In this document: positions 8,665 to 17,742 of the stretch, piece by piece | Layout: the number at the start of each line of letters is the position of its first letter | Position numbering within the stretch: the stretch's first letter is position 1 | DNA from: Domibacillus iocasae | GTDB lineage: Bacteria; Bacillota; Bacilli; Bacillales; Domibacillaceae | Assembly (NCBI RefSeq): GCF_001750285.1 | Contig: NZ_MAMP01000012.1 | Span: 353,751 to 393,750, forward strand | Reading direction: 5' to 3' | Length of the DNA: 40,000 nt | Notes under the pieces: generated by a model | The model's database searches: none | Seen by the model: only the letters and a program-made list of their open reading frames with translations | What the model was told of the DNA's origin: nothing | Translations under genes and position numbers: made by a program

Positions 8665-11600
8665 CTACCGCCAAACCTCCCATCGCATTGTATTCTTCTT
8701 CGATTTTCTTTTCCACGGCTTTAACGGCAATCACGCCGACTTTTTCTGCATCCATATCGTTGTGATAATGGCTTTCGCCCATGATCTGCACAATGACATC
8801 CCGTACACTGCTTTTGACAGCTTGGACGCTTCTGCTCATGGCAGATTGTACGTTGTTCACTTGTTCAGTCGGCAATATTACTGGAGCACTTGCGGCTGCT
8901 ACCGGTGCCGACGAAACGCCCAAAGCGCTTTGTGCATAGTCAAGCAAGCCCAGGGCACGGCTTCGGTGTTGTTCGAGAGGGATAATAACCTCTTTCTTGT
9001 TGCCTTCCCCTACACGGGCAATGTGATCATGTGTGATAACACCGCCTCTTTCATAAGGCTTGTATCCGCCGCCATTCATCATGCTCTTAATACCTGGATG
9101 ATTCATCACACCGCCATACCGTGAATCCATGTAACGAATGGCTGCTAAAGCTGAATGAAGCGGATTGGTCCGATCATTGAAGCCACCGACTTTATGAGCA
9201 TTAAAGGTTGAGCCGATAATCTGGAACAATCCGACTGACGGATCGCCCCTTTGTGCGTTAATGTCCCAGTCATTTATCGCATTAGGGTTGAAACCGGACT
9301 CTTTCTGCGCAATGGTCATCAAAGGATTGAGTAAGCTCATCGGCTTTCCGAGCATCGCCAACGCCTGCATGATCGCTTGTGACGCCATACCTGCCCCGCC
9401 GCCGCCGAAATTGCCACTAAATGCTGTCATCAATTCATCAGCCTTACTTTTCGCAATGTTTGATACATCCACGCCGCTGAATCCTTTAACTACACCCATC
9501 GCGGACCAGTAACCGTTCTCTATCATTCTCTTTGCCGGCGATGCAATGCCTAGCTCTTGCCGGAATGCGGTATCAACTCTGTTTGCCAGATCTTTCGCCG
9601 CTTCTGTGACACTGCTTCCTTGGCTGTTCATTCCGGTGACGAAATAGCCAATCATGCCAGAACCCCAATCATAAGCTTTCGGAACGAATGCTCTTGTCGG
9701 TGTTTCTACATGGTTTCTCAGCCAAATACTCATGCCGACCGGAATCGCCTTGATGCCTTCTTTAAAGTTGTACACAAGAGCAGATCCATATGGCCGTGAT
9801 CCGGCTGCCGCTGAATTGAGTGGCTGATAAATTTCACTGCTGATCCAAGCTGTCATTTTCAGCGGCGATGTATTCAAACCGCTCATAAAGCCGTAAGCGA
9901 AGGCATAGCCATAATGGTTCGCACTTGTGGCTGCATTGCCCAGTGGCGCATACACTTTTTCCAGAAGCCAATTCGTCACCGTCACTGGTGCGGTATTCAG
10001 CCCCTGTGCAAATCCATAAGCAAAGGCATAGCCAAAGTGATTTGCGCTTATCGAAGCGTTGCCCGTTGGCGCATACACCTTTTCAGTAAGCCATCCCGTC
10101 ACATTGATTGGAGAAGTATTCATGCCTTGTACAAAACTGTATGAAAAGGCGTAACCAAAATGATTTGCGCTTGTCGCTGCATTTCCCATCGGTGCATAGA
10201 CTTTTGATGACAGCCATGTGACGACTGAAACTGTTGCCCCATTCAATCCATTAGAAAAATTCGTGGCAAAGGCTTTTCCATATGTGCTTCCTTTTTCAGA
10301 CAAGGCTTTTAACTCTTTTTCCACACCTGCAGTTACAGAGCCAGACGTTCCCGTGGCTGCTTCTTTCTTTTCACCACCGCCGAACATGCCGCCTATCCAG
10401 CTGCCGATCTTATCTCCGCCAAAATAGCCGAGTGCACCGCCTGCCAATGTGCCAAGCGGTCCGAGAAGTGAACCAGCTGCCGCTCCTGCCGCTGCTCCAC
10501 CAAATCCTCCGACAGCTCCTCCGATGGCTTGGTTTCGTTCCTGTCCCGCCTGTGAAGTGAAGATATCGTATGCAGCTATGCTGAGTCCCACTGGAAGAAC
10601 AGCTTTACCGAGTGTGCCGAGCATTTTGCCGCCCTTTCCGCCTTTGGTGGTTTTTCCTCCGCCAGTGCCGAAAATAGGGTTGTCCTTTGGCGCTTTAATT
10701 TTGAAGAGATCCTTCAATTTAGTGGACAAAGTACCGGTTGATTTTGCTCCATCCTTTGCCTTTCGATCCATCCTGCTCATGCTGTCCGTGACATCATCAA
10801 GCCCTTTTGTGCCGCCTTTCCCACCTTTTCCGCCTTTCAGACCTTTTACAAAGTCTAAAGCATCCCCCAATTTTTTAAGAGTAGGGATAACAACTAAAGC
10901 GCCCAAACCCAAAGCACCAATTGCTACTGTTCCAATACCAATGGCCGGACCAAGTATGTTAAAGTGATCGACACCGAATTGAATAGCTGGCACTAATTTG
11001 TCACTGAAAAAACCAGCAAAGTCGGAAATGGATGTGGTCATATCTTCAATCGCGGCTTTTCCTTCTGAAGATGAAAGCCATGTGTTCAGTTTCTCAGCAG
11101 CAGGAACCATACTGGTCAAGATCCCTACGCCCACATCGCTAATAGTTGACTTCAATTCCCGTCCGGCATCATTGATCGGTGTCATCGGATTGTTCTTCCG
11201 CATCGTATCAAACTGTTTGTTCAGTTCTCCTGTTGCTTTTGCCGGTTCGTTAACAGCTCCCGCCATATCCAGGATTGGCTGTTTAAGATCCTCGTATTTT
11301 GTCCCGATTAGCGTGGTTGCAATCGCTACTCTGTCCTGTTCATTCGTAATTTCAGATAATCCTTTAGCCATCCGGAACATGGCTTCCTGCCCTGTATACG
11401 AGCCATCTTCAAAGCCTTTAAACATTTTCTTCGCTTCATCAGCACCGAGAACCTTTTTGAATGCCGCCACTTGATCATCTGACATTTCGTTACGTTTCAA
11501 GTTGAATTCACGCATACTATCTGCCATATCGTCGAAATTCCGGGCGCCGCCTTTTGTTCCAGCCACAAAGGCAGCCGATACTTGTTCTGGTGCCATTTGC

Positions 11601-12442
11601 ATGTCCACAAAACTGGAAGAATACTCATTAAATGTGTCTAAAAGGTCCTCGTACTGATCCCCAGCATTCTTGAATACGTACGCAATGTTGTCACCAGCAC
11701 GGCCTGTATCCATGTCGAAGTTTTTTATCATGCTTCCTAATGCACGATCCACTTCCGGCACATCTTTTTGGTACAGCTGCGCGATTTGATTTGAGGTCAA
11801 TACGGCATTTTTCAAGCCATCGCCTTTTAGATCCGTCTGCTGTGCCATATTTTGAAAGGACATTGCCACTTCTTCACGAGAATTCCCAGTCTTTTGATTG
11901 TAAAAAATATCATTGACAACGCTATTCACACCACTGACAGACCTACCTGTAGTAGCGGCTGTTCGGGCATTCGTTTCCATTGCCGATGCAGCGCCTGCCA
12001 CAGCCATACCGCCTGCCAATCCAGTACCTGCCGTTATTTTCAAAGCAGTGTCTTGTAATCCCTGCAAACGAGCTTCAATATTGGAAATAGCAGCAGTCGC
12101 TTGATCATCGACGGACACTTTCGCTTCGGCATGTGTGCCGCTGATTCCTTTTGCTTTCTTTTGGATCGCATCCATTTTTGAAGATGCCTGGTCATTTACG
12201 GAAACAGTCGGCTTCGCATGAATCTTCCCCGCGGTACCTAAGTCATTCTTAATCGTTTTGATTTTTCCGGAAGCCCCATCAATCACCGAAAGAGTAGGGC
12301 TGGCTTTGGCTTGGTCTAAGCGATTGAGTGCTTTGCTGGATGCCTGTGTCACGGATTCTACTTTTTCCAGGCTGCCATGAAGCCCTTTAAGCTTGCTGGA
12401 TATATGGTCTTTCATTTCAAATGTTGCGGTTAATGTTGCCAA
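8657..12442 (-). CDS. Tail tape measure protein with Gly-zipper membrane segments and a C-terminal lytic transglycosylase (SLT) domain
   Basis: 1261 aa with a TTG start 7 nt after AAGGAGG. It is coiled-coil rich, with KGGKGGKGG and GGxxG runs. The SLT motif IAQKESGFNPNAINDWDINAQRGDPSVGLFQIIGSTF lies near the C-terminus. Confidence 0.9.
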   Translation of the reverse strand: MATLTATFEMKDHISSKLKGLHGSLEKVESVTQASSKALNRLDQAKASPTLSVIDGASGKIKTIKNDLGTAGKIHAKPTVSVNDQASSKMDAIQKKAKGISGTHAEAKVSVDDQATAAISNIEARLQGLQDTALKITAGTGLAGGMAVAGAASAMETNARTAATTGRSVSGVNSVVNDIFYNQKTGNSREEVAMSFQNMAQQTDLKGDGLKNAVLTSNQIAQLYQKDVPEVDRALGSMIKNFDMDTGRAGDNIAYVFKNAGDQYEDLLDTFNEYSSSFVDMQMAPEQVSAAFVAGTKGGARNFDDMADSMREFNLKRNEMSDDQVAAFKKVLGADEAKKMFKGFEDGSYTGQEAMFRMAKGLSEITNEQDRVAIATTLIGTKYEDLKQPILDMAGAVNEPAKATGELNKQFDTMRKNNPMTPINDAGRELKSTISDVGVGILTSMVPAAEKLNTWLSSSEGKAAIEDMTTSISDFAGFFSDKLVPAIQFGVDHFNILGPAIGIGTVAIGALGLGALVVIPTLKKLGDALDFVKGLKGGKGGKGGTKGLDDVTDSMSRMDRKAKDGAKSTGTLSTKLKDLFKIKAPKDNPIFGTGGGKTTKGGKGGKMLGTLGKAVLPVGLSIAAYDIFTSQAGQERNQAIGGAVGGFGGAAAGAAAGSLLGPLGTLAGGALGYFGGDKIGSWIGGMFGGGEKKEAATGTSGSVTAGVEKELKALSEKGSTYGKAFATNFSNGLNGATVSVVTWLSSKVYAPMGNAATSANHFGYAFSYSFVQGMNTSPINVTGWLTEKVYAPTGNASISANHFGYAFAYGFAQGLNTAPVTVTNWLLEKVYAPLGNAATSANHYGYAFAYGFMSGLNTSPLKMTAWISSEIYQPLNSAAAGSRPYGSALVYNFKEGIKAIPVGMSIWLRNHVETPTRAFVPKAYDWGSGMIGYFVTGMNSQGSSVTEAAKDLANRVDTAFRQELGIASPAKRMIENGYWSAMGVVKGFSGVDVSNIAKSKADELMTAFSGNFGGGGAGMASQAIMQALAMLGKPMSLLNPLMTIAQKESGFNPNAINDWDINAQRGDPSVGLFQIIGSTFNAHKVGGFNDRTNPLHSALAAIRYMDSRYGGVMNHPGIKSMMNGGGYKPYERGGVITHDHIARVGEGNKKEVIIPLEQHRSRALGLLDYAQSALGVSSAPVAAASAPVILPTEQVNNVQSAMSRSVQAVKSSVRDVIVQIMGESHYHNDMDAEKVGVIAVKAVEKKIEEEYNAMGGLAVDG
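9602..10216 (-). repeat. Five tandem 123-nt (41-aa) in-frame repeats inside the tape measure gene
   Basis: WL(S/T/L)xK(V/I)YAP.GNA..SANH(F/Y)GYAF.Y.F..G(M/L)NT.P... recurs. The anchoring Trp codons sit at 10216, 10093, 9970, 9847 and 9724, exactly 123 nt apart. The fifth copy is degenerate. Confidence 0.8.
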
Positions 12443-12454
12443 GTCATCGCCTCC

Positions 12455-13095
12455 TTACTTCTTCGGCTTATGATCTTTGAGATACTTTTCGACAGAAGCA
12501 TAAACAAAGGCTTTCATTCCATCCTTCATTTCCCACAAGTCTTTCAAATCCTGCGGCTTCCATTCTCTTTCGTGCAATAAAAAATGAGCGTAAACCGCAT
12601 CACGGTCTCCGCTCTCAATTAGTTTTTTGCTTCTGAAACAAGATCCTCAAATGTGTCCATATATCCGTTAATACGTTGCGCCGCTTTCATAAATTCTGCG
12701 TATTCCCCGCCGACAGACAGCATTTTCTTCAAGACTTCCACCGGATCTTGTGCGCCGAATGATTTCAGCAAGTCCTTGTCACGGAAGTTCGGATAAACAG
12801 TGGATTCAATGCCCATACGAGCGATCCAACGAGGGCGGTCAAATTCTTCCCCAACTTTTTTCGATCCTTCATAAACTGGTGTGTAACAATCCGCTTCTAT
12901 TTCTTCAATGCGTTCTGTTGTGATCGGCTTCATAACGAATGGAATAACTTTTCCTTCTGCATCAACATAACGTCTTGATACAACAACGTTTTCCTCTGTG
13001 ACTGGCTTCTCTTTGCCGGCCAAGAAAAAACTCATATCCCGTGTGTTCGATACTACCGCTGCTTTTTCTACTGCTTCTGTTTTTGGTGTTGTCAT
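12455..13095 (-). CDS. Predicted -1 frameshift fusion product of the tail assembly chaperone (XkdN-like body plus a 55-aa extension)
   Basis: The -1 frame downstream of the slippery site is open to the stop at 12455-12457 (LIESGDRDAVYAHFLLHEREWKPQDLKDLWEMKDGMKAFVYASVEKYLKDHKPKK). It has no start codon with an RBS of its own. The position between the chaperone and tape measure genes matches the conserved G/GT arrangement. Confidence 0.5.
12619..13095 (-). CDS. Tail assembly chaperone (XkdN-like)
   Basis: 158 aa, acidic C-terminus, positioned between the tube and tape measure genes. It resembles the Phage_XkdN family. Confidence 0.75.
   Translation of the reverse strand: MTTPKTEAVEKAAVVSNTRDMSFFLAGKEKPVTEENVVVSRRYVDAEGKVIPFVMKPITTERIEEIEADCYTPVYEGSKKVGEEFDRPRWIARMGIESTVYPNFRDKDLLKSFGAQDPVEVLKKMLSVGGEYAEFMKAAQRINGYMDTFEDLVSEAKN
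12622..12628 (-). other. Slippery heptamer A_AAA_AAC (programmed -1 ribosomal frameshift site)
   Basis: The last codons of the chaperone read GCA AAA AAC TAA. A_AAA_AAC fits X_XXY_YYZ in the zero frame, directly before the stop. Confidence 0.5.
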
Positions 13096-13167
13096 TTTGT
13101 GTTTCCTCCAGTTAATTGAATGATTTTTTTAAATAAAGGCTCTGTTATCGTTTGTTGTTGATTTTTA

Positions 13168-13200
13168 ACCAAAAGAAAAACCACTCATAAAGAGAGGTTT
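13168..13200 (-). terminator. Intrinsic terminator after the hydrolase cargo gene
   Basis: Hairpin AAACCACTC/GAGAGGTTT (13178-13200, one mismatch), followed on the minus strand by TTTTTCTTTT. Confidence 0.45.
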
Positions 13201-13245
13201 CTTGAACTAACGATTCTCGTTAGCTGAATAATTGAATTAGATTAA

Positions 13246-13839
13246 TTAATGTTTCAGAAAAAAGTTTACCATCTCGTTAAATGTTTTATCTGCTGATTCT
13301 CTATTATGCTTAGAGGAGTACGGGTCAGTAAATCCATGTTGTCCTCTACATTTATTTATCTTGACATTCTTTTTATCTAAAGTTGAAATTAACTGGTCAA
13401 TATTAAATGATTTTTCTTCTTGCGGAAAGAACAGCAGTGCAGGACACTGAGGTGATATTTCTACATAATCCCTAATGCGTGAACCATAGTATCCAACGAT
13501 TCCATCAACACGTTTTTCCTCACTACACAACCAAGCAACCGTTGCTCCTACACTAAACCCGACAACAAACACCTTTTGATATTCATTTTTAATATCTGAT
13601 ATCAAATCTCTAATTTTATGCAAAGCATTAATAAAACCTATATTCCCCATAAAATTACGATAAGCAATTTCCTCTTGAGAATAATCAAAAGGTGCTTTTT
13701 GTTCTAATAAATTAGGGCAAATGACATCAAAATCATATGCCGATAATAATTGACAAATATCCTTCATATGCTGGTTAATTCCATAGATTTCATGAATTAC
13801 AATGATTGCAGTATCGGAGTTTTTCTGTTTATTAATCAT
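13246..13839 (-). CDS. Dienelactone hydrolase-family alpha/beta hydrolase (cargo gene)
   Basis: 197 aa. AIIVIHEIYGINQHMKDICQLLSAYDFDVICPNL is the DLH-type N-terminus. VVGFSVGATVAW is a nucleophile elbow (GxSxG). A C-terminal GQHGF contains a His. A GGGGGAGGTG RBS is present. The gene is AT-rich compared with the flanking tail genes. Confidence 0.7.
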   Translation of the reverse strand: MINKQKNSDTAIIVIHEIYGINQHMKDICQLLSAYDFDVICPNLLEQKAPFDYSQEEIAYRNFMGNIGFINALHKIRDLISDIKNEYQKVFVVGFSVGATVAWLCSEEKRVDGIVGYYGSRIRDYVEISPQCPALLFFPQEEKSFNIDQLISTLDKKNVKINKCRGQHGFTDPYSSKHNRESADKTFNEMVNFFLKH

Positions 13840-14007
13840 TTTTCACCTCCCCCGATTATCTACTCTCATTATACAATTAATACTAAACCCTATCTTTGCT
13901 TCTTTCGTTAAACTGCCCATAAGTTAAGCAAGAAAATCAACAATGACGTTTAACAGAGCCTAAATAAAAAGAGAAAAGGCTGCTAAAAGCCACCCCTTCT
14001 TTCCGGA

Positions 14008-14454
14008 TTAAAATCCTGCTGCTAATTCTTCAGGCAGATCCGCATCTTCGAATGTGAACGGCATTTCTTGTTCAAGAACCGCGCCTTCCGCATTCAATTC
14101 AGCAATTTTCGTGCTGTCAAAGTTTACATCGTAAATTGTGACACGTTCAGTGCCACGTTTAGATCCTTTGTCATCCAATACTTCCTGGAATGTGAAATAA
14201 GGATCTGCTCCTGTTTTGATGTAGTTAATCATCAATTTAACAAATCTCGATGTGACTTTGTAAATAACCAAATTCCCAGTACCGCTTGCGCCGATGGTTT
14301 TGTGGCCATCCATACGGCGACCAAGTACAGCTACTGTCGTTTTGTTTTTCTCAATGGTCGCTTCAAAGCTCTTTACATAAGCCATTTCTTCGCCATCCAA
14401 AAAGAGGCGTCCTTCTTTACCGCTGATCGTATTACCCGAGCGGAATGCTGTCAT
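14008..14454 (-). CDS. Tail tube protein (XkdM-like)
   Basis: 148 aa directly after the sheath gene. The pattern SGKEGRLFLDGEEMAYVKSFEATIEKNKTTV...GTGNLVIYKVTSRF is typical of XkdM-type tube proteins. Confidence 0.85.
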   Translation of the reverse strand: MTAFRSGNTISGKEGRLFLDGEEMAYVKSFEATIEKNKTTVAVLGRRMDGHKTIGASGTGNLVIYKVTSRFVKLMINYIKTGADPYFTFQEVLDDKGSKRGTERVTIYDVNFDSTKIAELNAEGAVLEQEMPFTFEDADLPEELAAGF

Positions 14455-14477
14455 ATTTTATTGCACCTCCTGTGTTT

Positions 14478-15842
14478 TTAGCGTACTGTTACGCCGAAAT
14501 AGAATTTCTCTGCGGCGTCCACCGGCTGAGCGCCAATGTTGATGAAAAAGCCATCTGCATCTGTATTCAATGTAATCTGAATGTCCGTTGACGAATCAAA
14601 ATTCTGCAAAGCGCCGCCTTCTTGCAAAGTATTCATGTACAAAGTAGCGGCTGTGTGGATAATCTGCATCCCATCGCCATTTGCCGGAATATCCGAACCT
14701 GCATCTTTTTTCGCCTTGATCAGTGCCTTGACTTCACGGATCAAATCGTTTTGAATGCCATCCAGGATGCGGATGATCTTGTTTTTCTGGAACCGCTTGT
14801 CTTTTGTTGCACTTAATGTGACAAGTGAGTTAATGTCTTTTTCGACTGATACCGTTCTGTCAGCTGGATCGTATGTCAACATGAAATCACCGTTTTTCAG
14901 ACCGATGATTGTTTCGTCGTTATCGAAGCGAGGAGATACATCGACAGCCCCTTCGTATTCAACGAATGTGAGTGATTGATACATCGTTGCGCCTGCGCTT
15001 GCACCCGCGACCCATGCCACTGTTTGAGCAGGAGTTAAAGTTTCGCCAGTAGCCAAAACAGCGCCATTGGTAACGTTTGTGACTCCTTCATAATCACTTG
15101 CATAGTTAGATAACACGGCACGTACTTTCCGGCCATGTTCTTCCCGAAGGCGTCTGATGAAGGAAACGAACGTTGCTTTCAGCTCATCATTTGCTGTCAC
15201 CGGTAATCCGATTGTGTCAAACTGTGCATTTTCGGCAGCCGTTAAGAAATCCGTGTATTCAAGGTTTGTAACAGTGCCATCAGTGCCGCCGGTTAATGTG
15301 ACACCTGCAGTAGCAACTAAATCGGCCGTACCTGCGAAAATAGCCCATTCATTCGCTTTTAACTCAGCGGCTGTTGTGACTGTCTGCTTATCCACCAATT
15401 GCGTCCCTGCAAACGTAGAAACATCAAATTTCGTTGAATCTAATACATTAACTTGCACAACGACTTTGATTGTATTGCCGATGACCCCACCATGCAACGC
15501 TGTCGCTGTCACGGCTGTTGTGCCCGTGCCTGCCACTGCTAATTGACCAGTTGCCTTCGTTCCCTCATTCAAGCGGTAGACAAGGACAGTCTGGCTTTTC
15601 TTTTTCGCTTCCCGAATGAGAAGGACAGACGCATGGTCAAGATCCACCCCAAGCTTTTTCTGAAAATCGCCTTCATCGGTGATTTCAATAAACGATTTTG
15701 CCTGCCCCCATGATAAAGAGACAGGAAGGGCAACTCGTCCGCTGTTTCCTGCTGCTAAACGGTTTTGTGCCGCTGATTTAAACAGAAAATACATACCAGC
15801 CCGTGCTTTTTCAACGCCTTCTGTAAATGTTCCGCTGTTCAT
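14478..15842 (-). CDS. Contractile tail sheath protein (XkdK-like)
   Basis: 454 aa. The N-terminus GTFTEGVEKARAGMYFLF..., the size and the synteny with the tube gene support the call. Confidence 0.9.
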   Translation of the reverse strand: MNSGTFTEGVEKARAGMYFLFKSAAQNRLAAGNSGRVALPVSLSWGQAKSFIEITDEGDFQKKLGVDLDHASVLLIREAKKKSQTVLVYRLNEGTKATGQLAVAGTGTTAVTATALHGGVIGNTIKVVVQVNVLDSTKFDVSTFAGTQLVDKQTVTTAAELKANEWAIFAGTADLVATAGVTLTGGTDGTVTNLEYTDFLTAAENAQFDTIGLPVTANDELKATFVSFIRRLREEHGRKVRAVLSNYASDYEGVTNVTNGAVLATGETLTPAQTVAWVAGASAGATMYQSLTFVEYEGAVDVSPRFDNDETIIGLKNGDFMLTYDPADRTVSVEKDINSLVTLSATKDKRFQKNKIIRILDGIQNDLIREVKALIKAKKDAGSDIPANGDGMQIIHTAATLYMNTLQEGGALQNFDSSTDIQITLNTDADGFFINIGAQPVDAAEKFYFGVTVR

Positions 15843-15844
15843 GC

Positions 15845-16042
15845 TTATTTAACCTCCTTCTTAAAGAACGCTTTAATCCGGCGCTCTGCTTCTGTTTTTG
15901 TGATTTCTGTTTCTTCTGCTTTTGAAAACACACCGTCAAACACTTCGGGCTTTACACCGAATAATTCCCGGGCATGTTCACGCAACTCATACAACAGAAA
16001 CTTAGCTTCTTCTTTTTTGATTTCTTCCGCTTTTGCTGTCAT
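15845..16042 (-). CDS. Small YqzN/YkzM-like protein
   Basis: 65 aa, charged and helical. It sits just upstream of the sheath gene, as ykzM/yqzN do in PBSX/skin. Confidence 0.45.
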   Translation of the reverse strand: MTAKAEEIKKEEAKFLLYELREHARELFGVKPEVFDGVFSKAEETEITKTEAERRIKAFFKKEVK

Positions 16043-16482
16043 AATTTCACCTCACTTTCAATGGTTACTTTATTAAGCGGCTGCACTTCTTCCCGCTCAT
16101 AGAAATAGCGGCTGTCCCACGTTAAAATAATGAGGGCCATGCCGCTGCTTCCTTGCCTTGATTCAATTCGGTTTAAACGAACATATTCGCCTGTGTGCGC
16201 TCCCTCTGGATCGAGGAGAGGCACAAGCAAACGGCGGGCACGAATGGCATCTGCAATCAGTTCCGCTTCTGCATGGGCCTGCTGTGTACTCTCATGAAAG
16301 AGCTTGACTGACAGGCTGTATGTTTTCATGAAGGTTGAAAGAGTGTCCTTCCCGTCAAAAGCAAAAGCTGGCGGAAAATACATGGACGGTACCTGCAGTT
16401 CTTCCGGCACTTCGTCTTCATAGAGCAGCACTGGAAACAGCTGATGAAAAGCGCTCCTAATTGACATTACTTCCGGATTCAT
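16039..16482 (-). CDS. Tail completion/terminator protein (XkdJ/YqbJ-like)
   Basis: 147 aa. The call rests on synteny only; the start and stop overlap both neighbours. Confidence 0.55.
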   Translation of the reverse strand: MNPEVMSIRSAFHQLFPVLLYEDEVPEELQVPSMYFPPAFAFDGKDTLSTFMKTYSLSVKLFHESTQQAHAEAELIADAIRARRLLVPLLDPEGAHTGEYVRLNRIESRQGSSGMALIILTWDSRYFYEREEVQPLNKVTIESEVKL

Positions 16483-16994
16483 CGGGCACTCCCTAACGAA
16501 TCAAGCCAGCCCTGCAGGCGTTTCTCCAGGCTCTTTTCAAAGATCTTTTCAAAGATGGCCATTGCATTATCCCAGTAGCCAGATCCGTCCACCCATTTCA
16601 CTTTCAGCAGCATGCCTGTTTCAGCATTTTTGTCATACTCAAACCGATCCCCCACCCAGCGTCCAGGTACCCAGCGCCGGTCTTTCCCAGAATCCAGGTC
16701 AACCGTTGTGTGACCATCATTAGCGAAGCTCGCATACGAAACGTTACTGCCCACCGCAAGAGTCAGCCCGCCTTCTGACATGCTCCATACACCGTCGTTA
16801 TCGCCACGATTAAAGGAATTGAGCAGGCGGCGAGTATCGACGGTTTCTGTCCGAATGATTTCATCCTGGATGATTTCTAAAAACTCCATACCGGATGCTT
16901 CCAGCCACAGGGAAAACTCTTTTTTCGCTTCCGAGTTAGCGGCCTTTTCAACCTGCTTCATGAATTCCTTGAGACCTTTCATTTCTACACTCAT
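16479..16994 (-). CDS. HK97 gp10-family tail component (XkdI-like)
   Basis: The motif LEIIQDEIIRTETVDTRRLLNSF is typical of the HK97 gp10 family. Confidence 0.75.
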   Translation of the reverse strand: MSVEMKGLKEFMKQVEKAANSEAKKEFSLWLEASGMEFLEIIQDEIIRTETVDTRRLLNSFNRGDNDGVWSMSEGGLTLAVGSNVSYASFANDGHTTVDLDSGKDRRWVPGRWVGDRFEYDKNAETGMLLKVKWVDGSGYWDNAMAIFEKIFEKSLEKRLQGWLDSLGSAR

Positions 16995-17347
16995 AGCCGC
17001 ACCTTCCTTACTGCCGTTACTTCCTGATGATGATTGCGAATCTTCCGCGGCTTCTGCAGAATAAATTCCTCACCATCCCAGACGACTTTATCATTCATAA
17101 GAATGTCTGCATTCGGCAGAAAATGGACTAGGAATCTTTGAAGAAGCGCCTGAGCAGGATCTCCTTGTACAACCGTCTGGCTTTTTTCTATAAAGAGACA
17201 CGGCACATCTACGGATACTGGCACTAGATTATGTTCCTTATTTTTCACAATAAAAGAAGCGTCCACCCCGTAAGTAGGAGTGGCGCTATTCTGTGCTTCT
17301 AGCCGGTAAACATCACATCGATGAGTAAGCAGCTTTTTATAACTCAT
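16991..17347 (-). CDS. Head closure/head-tail adaptor (XkdH/YqbH-like)
   Basis: 118 aa. HRCDVYRLEA... is a typical head-closure N-terminus, and the synteny fits. Confidence 0.6.
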   Translation of the reverse strand: MSYKKLLTHRCDVYRLEAQNSATPTYGVDASFIVKNKEHNLVPVSVDVPCLFIEKSQTVVQGDPAQALLQRFLVHFLPNADILMNDKVVWDGEEFILQKPRKIRNHHQEVTAVRKVRL

Positions 17348-17742
17348 AGCGCTCGCATCCTAAAACGCGCATTTCCTGTCGCCGTGGCCTCATCAGGAAG
17401 AATGAATGCTTTCAGCAGTCCGGAAACATCCGGCTTCGACGTGCCGCTCGTATCTGAAACTGTGTAAGAGTAGTCACCGATCTTCTCACTCTTAATGCCT
17501 TTTGTGAGTGATTCATCTGAATTAACTAAGGCATAATATTGAGCCATTTTTTTTATGGCCAACTTTACTTCGTCAGGAAGCGGCTGATAATCCGCTCCAC
17601 TGAAATCGTGACCGACAATCCCTTTTACTTCGACTTCCGCTTCAAGAATGTCTTGCTTAAGCAAAGCATCCGGCCGCTCCTTCACTTCATCGAAAACGGT
17701 ATACGCAATCAATTCAGCGGTTGTAATGAGCAAAGGAATCAC
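17344..17742 (-). CDS. Head-tail connector (YqbG-like, DUF3199 / gp6-like)
   Basis: 132 aa. Supported by synteny and the ITTAELIAYTVFDEVKERPDALLKQDI N-terminal pattern. Confidence 0.6.
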   Translation of the reverse strand: MIPLLITTAELIAYTVFDEVKERPDALLKQDILEAEVEVKGIVGHDFSGADYQPLPDEVKLAIKKMAQYYALVNSDESLTKGIKSEKIGDYSYTVSDTSGTSKPDVSGLLKAFILPDEATATGNARFRMRAL

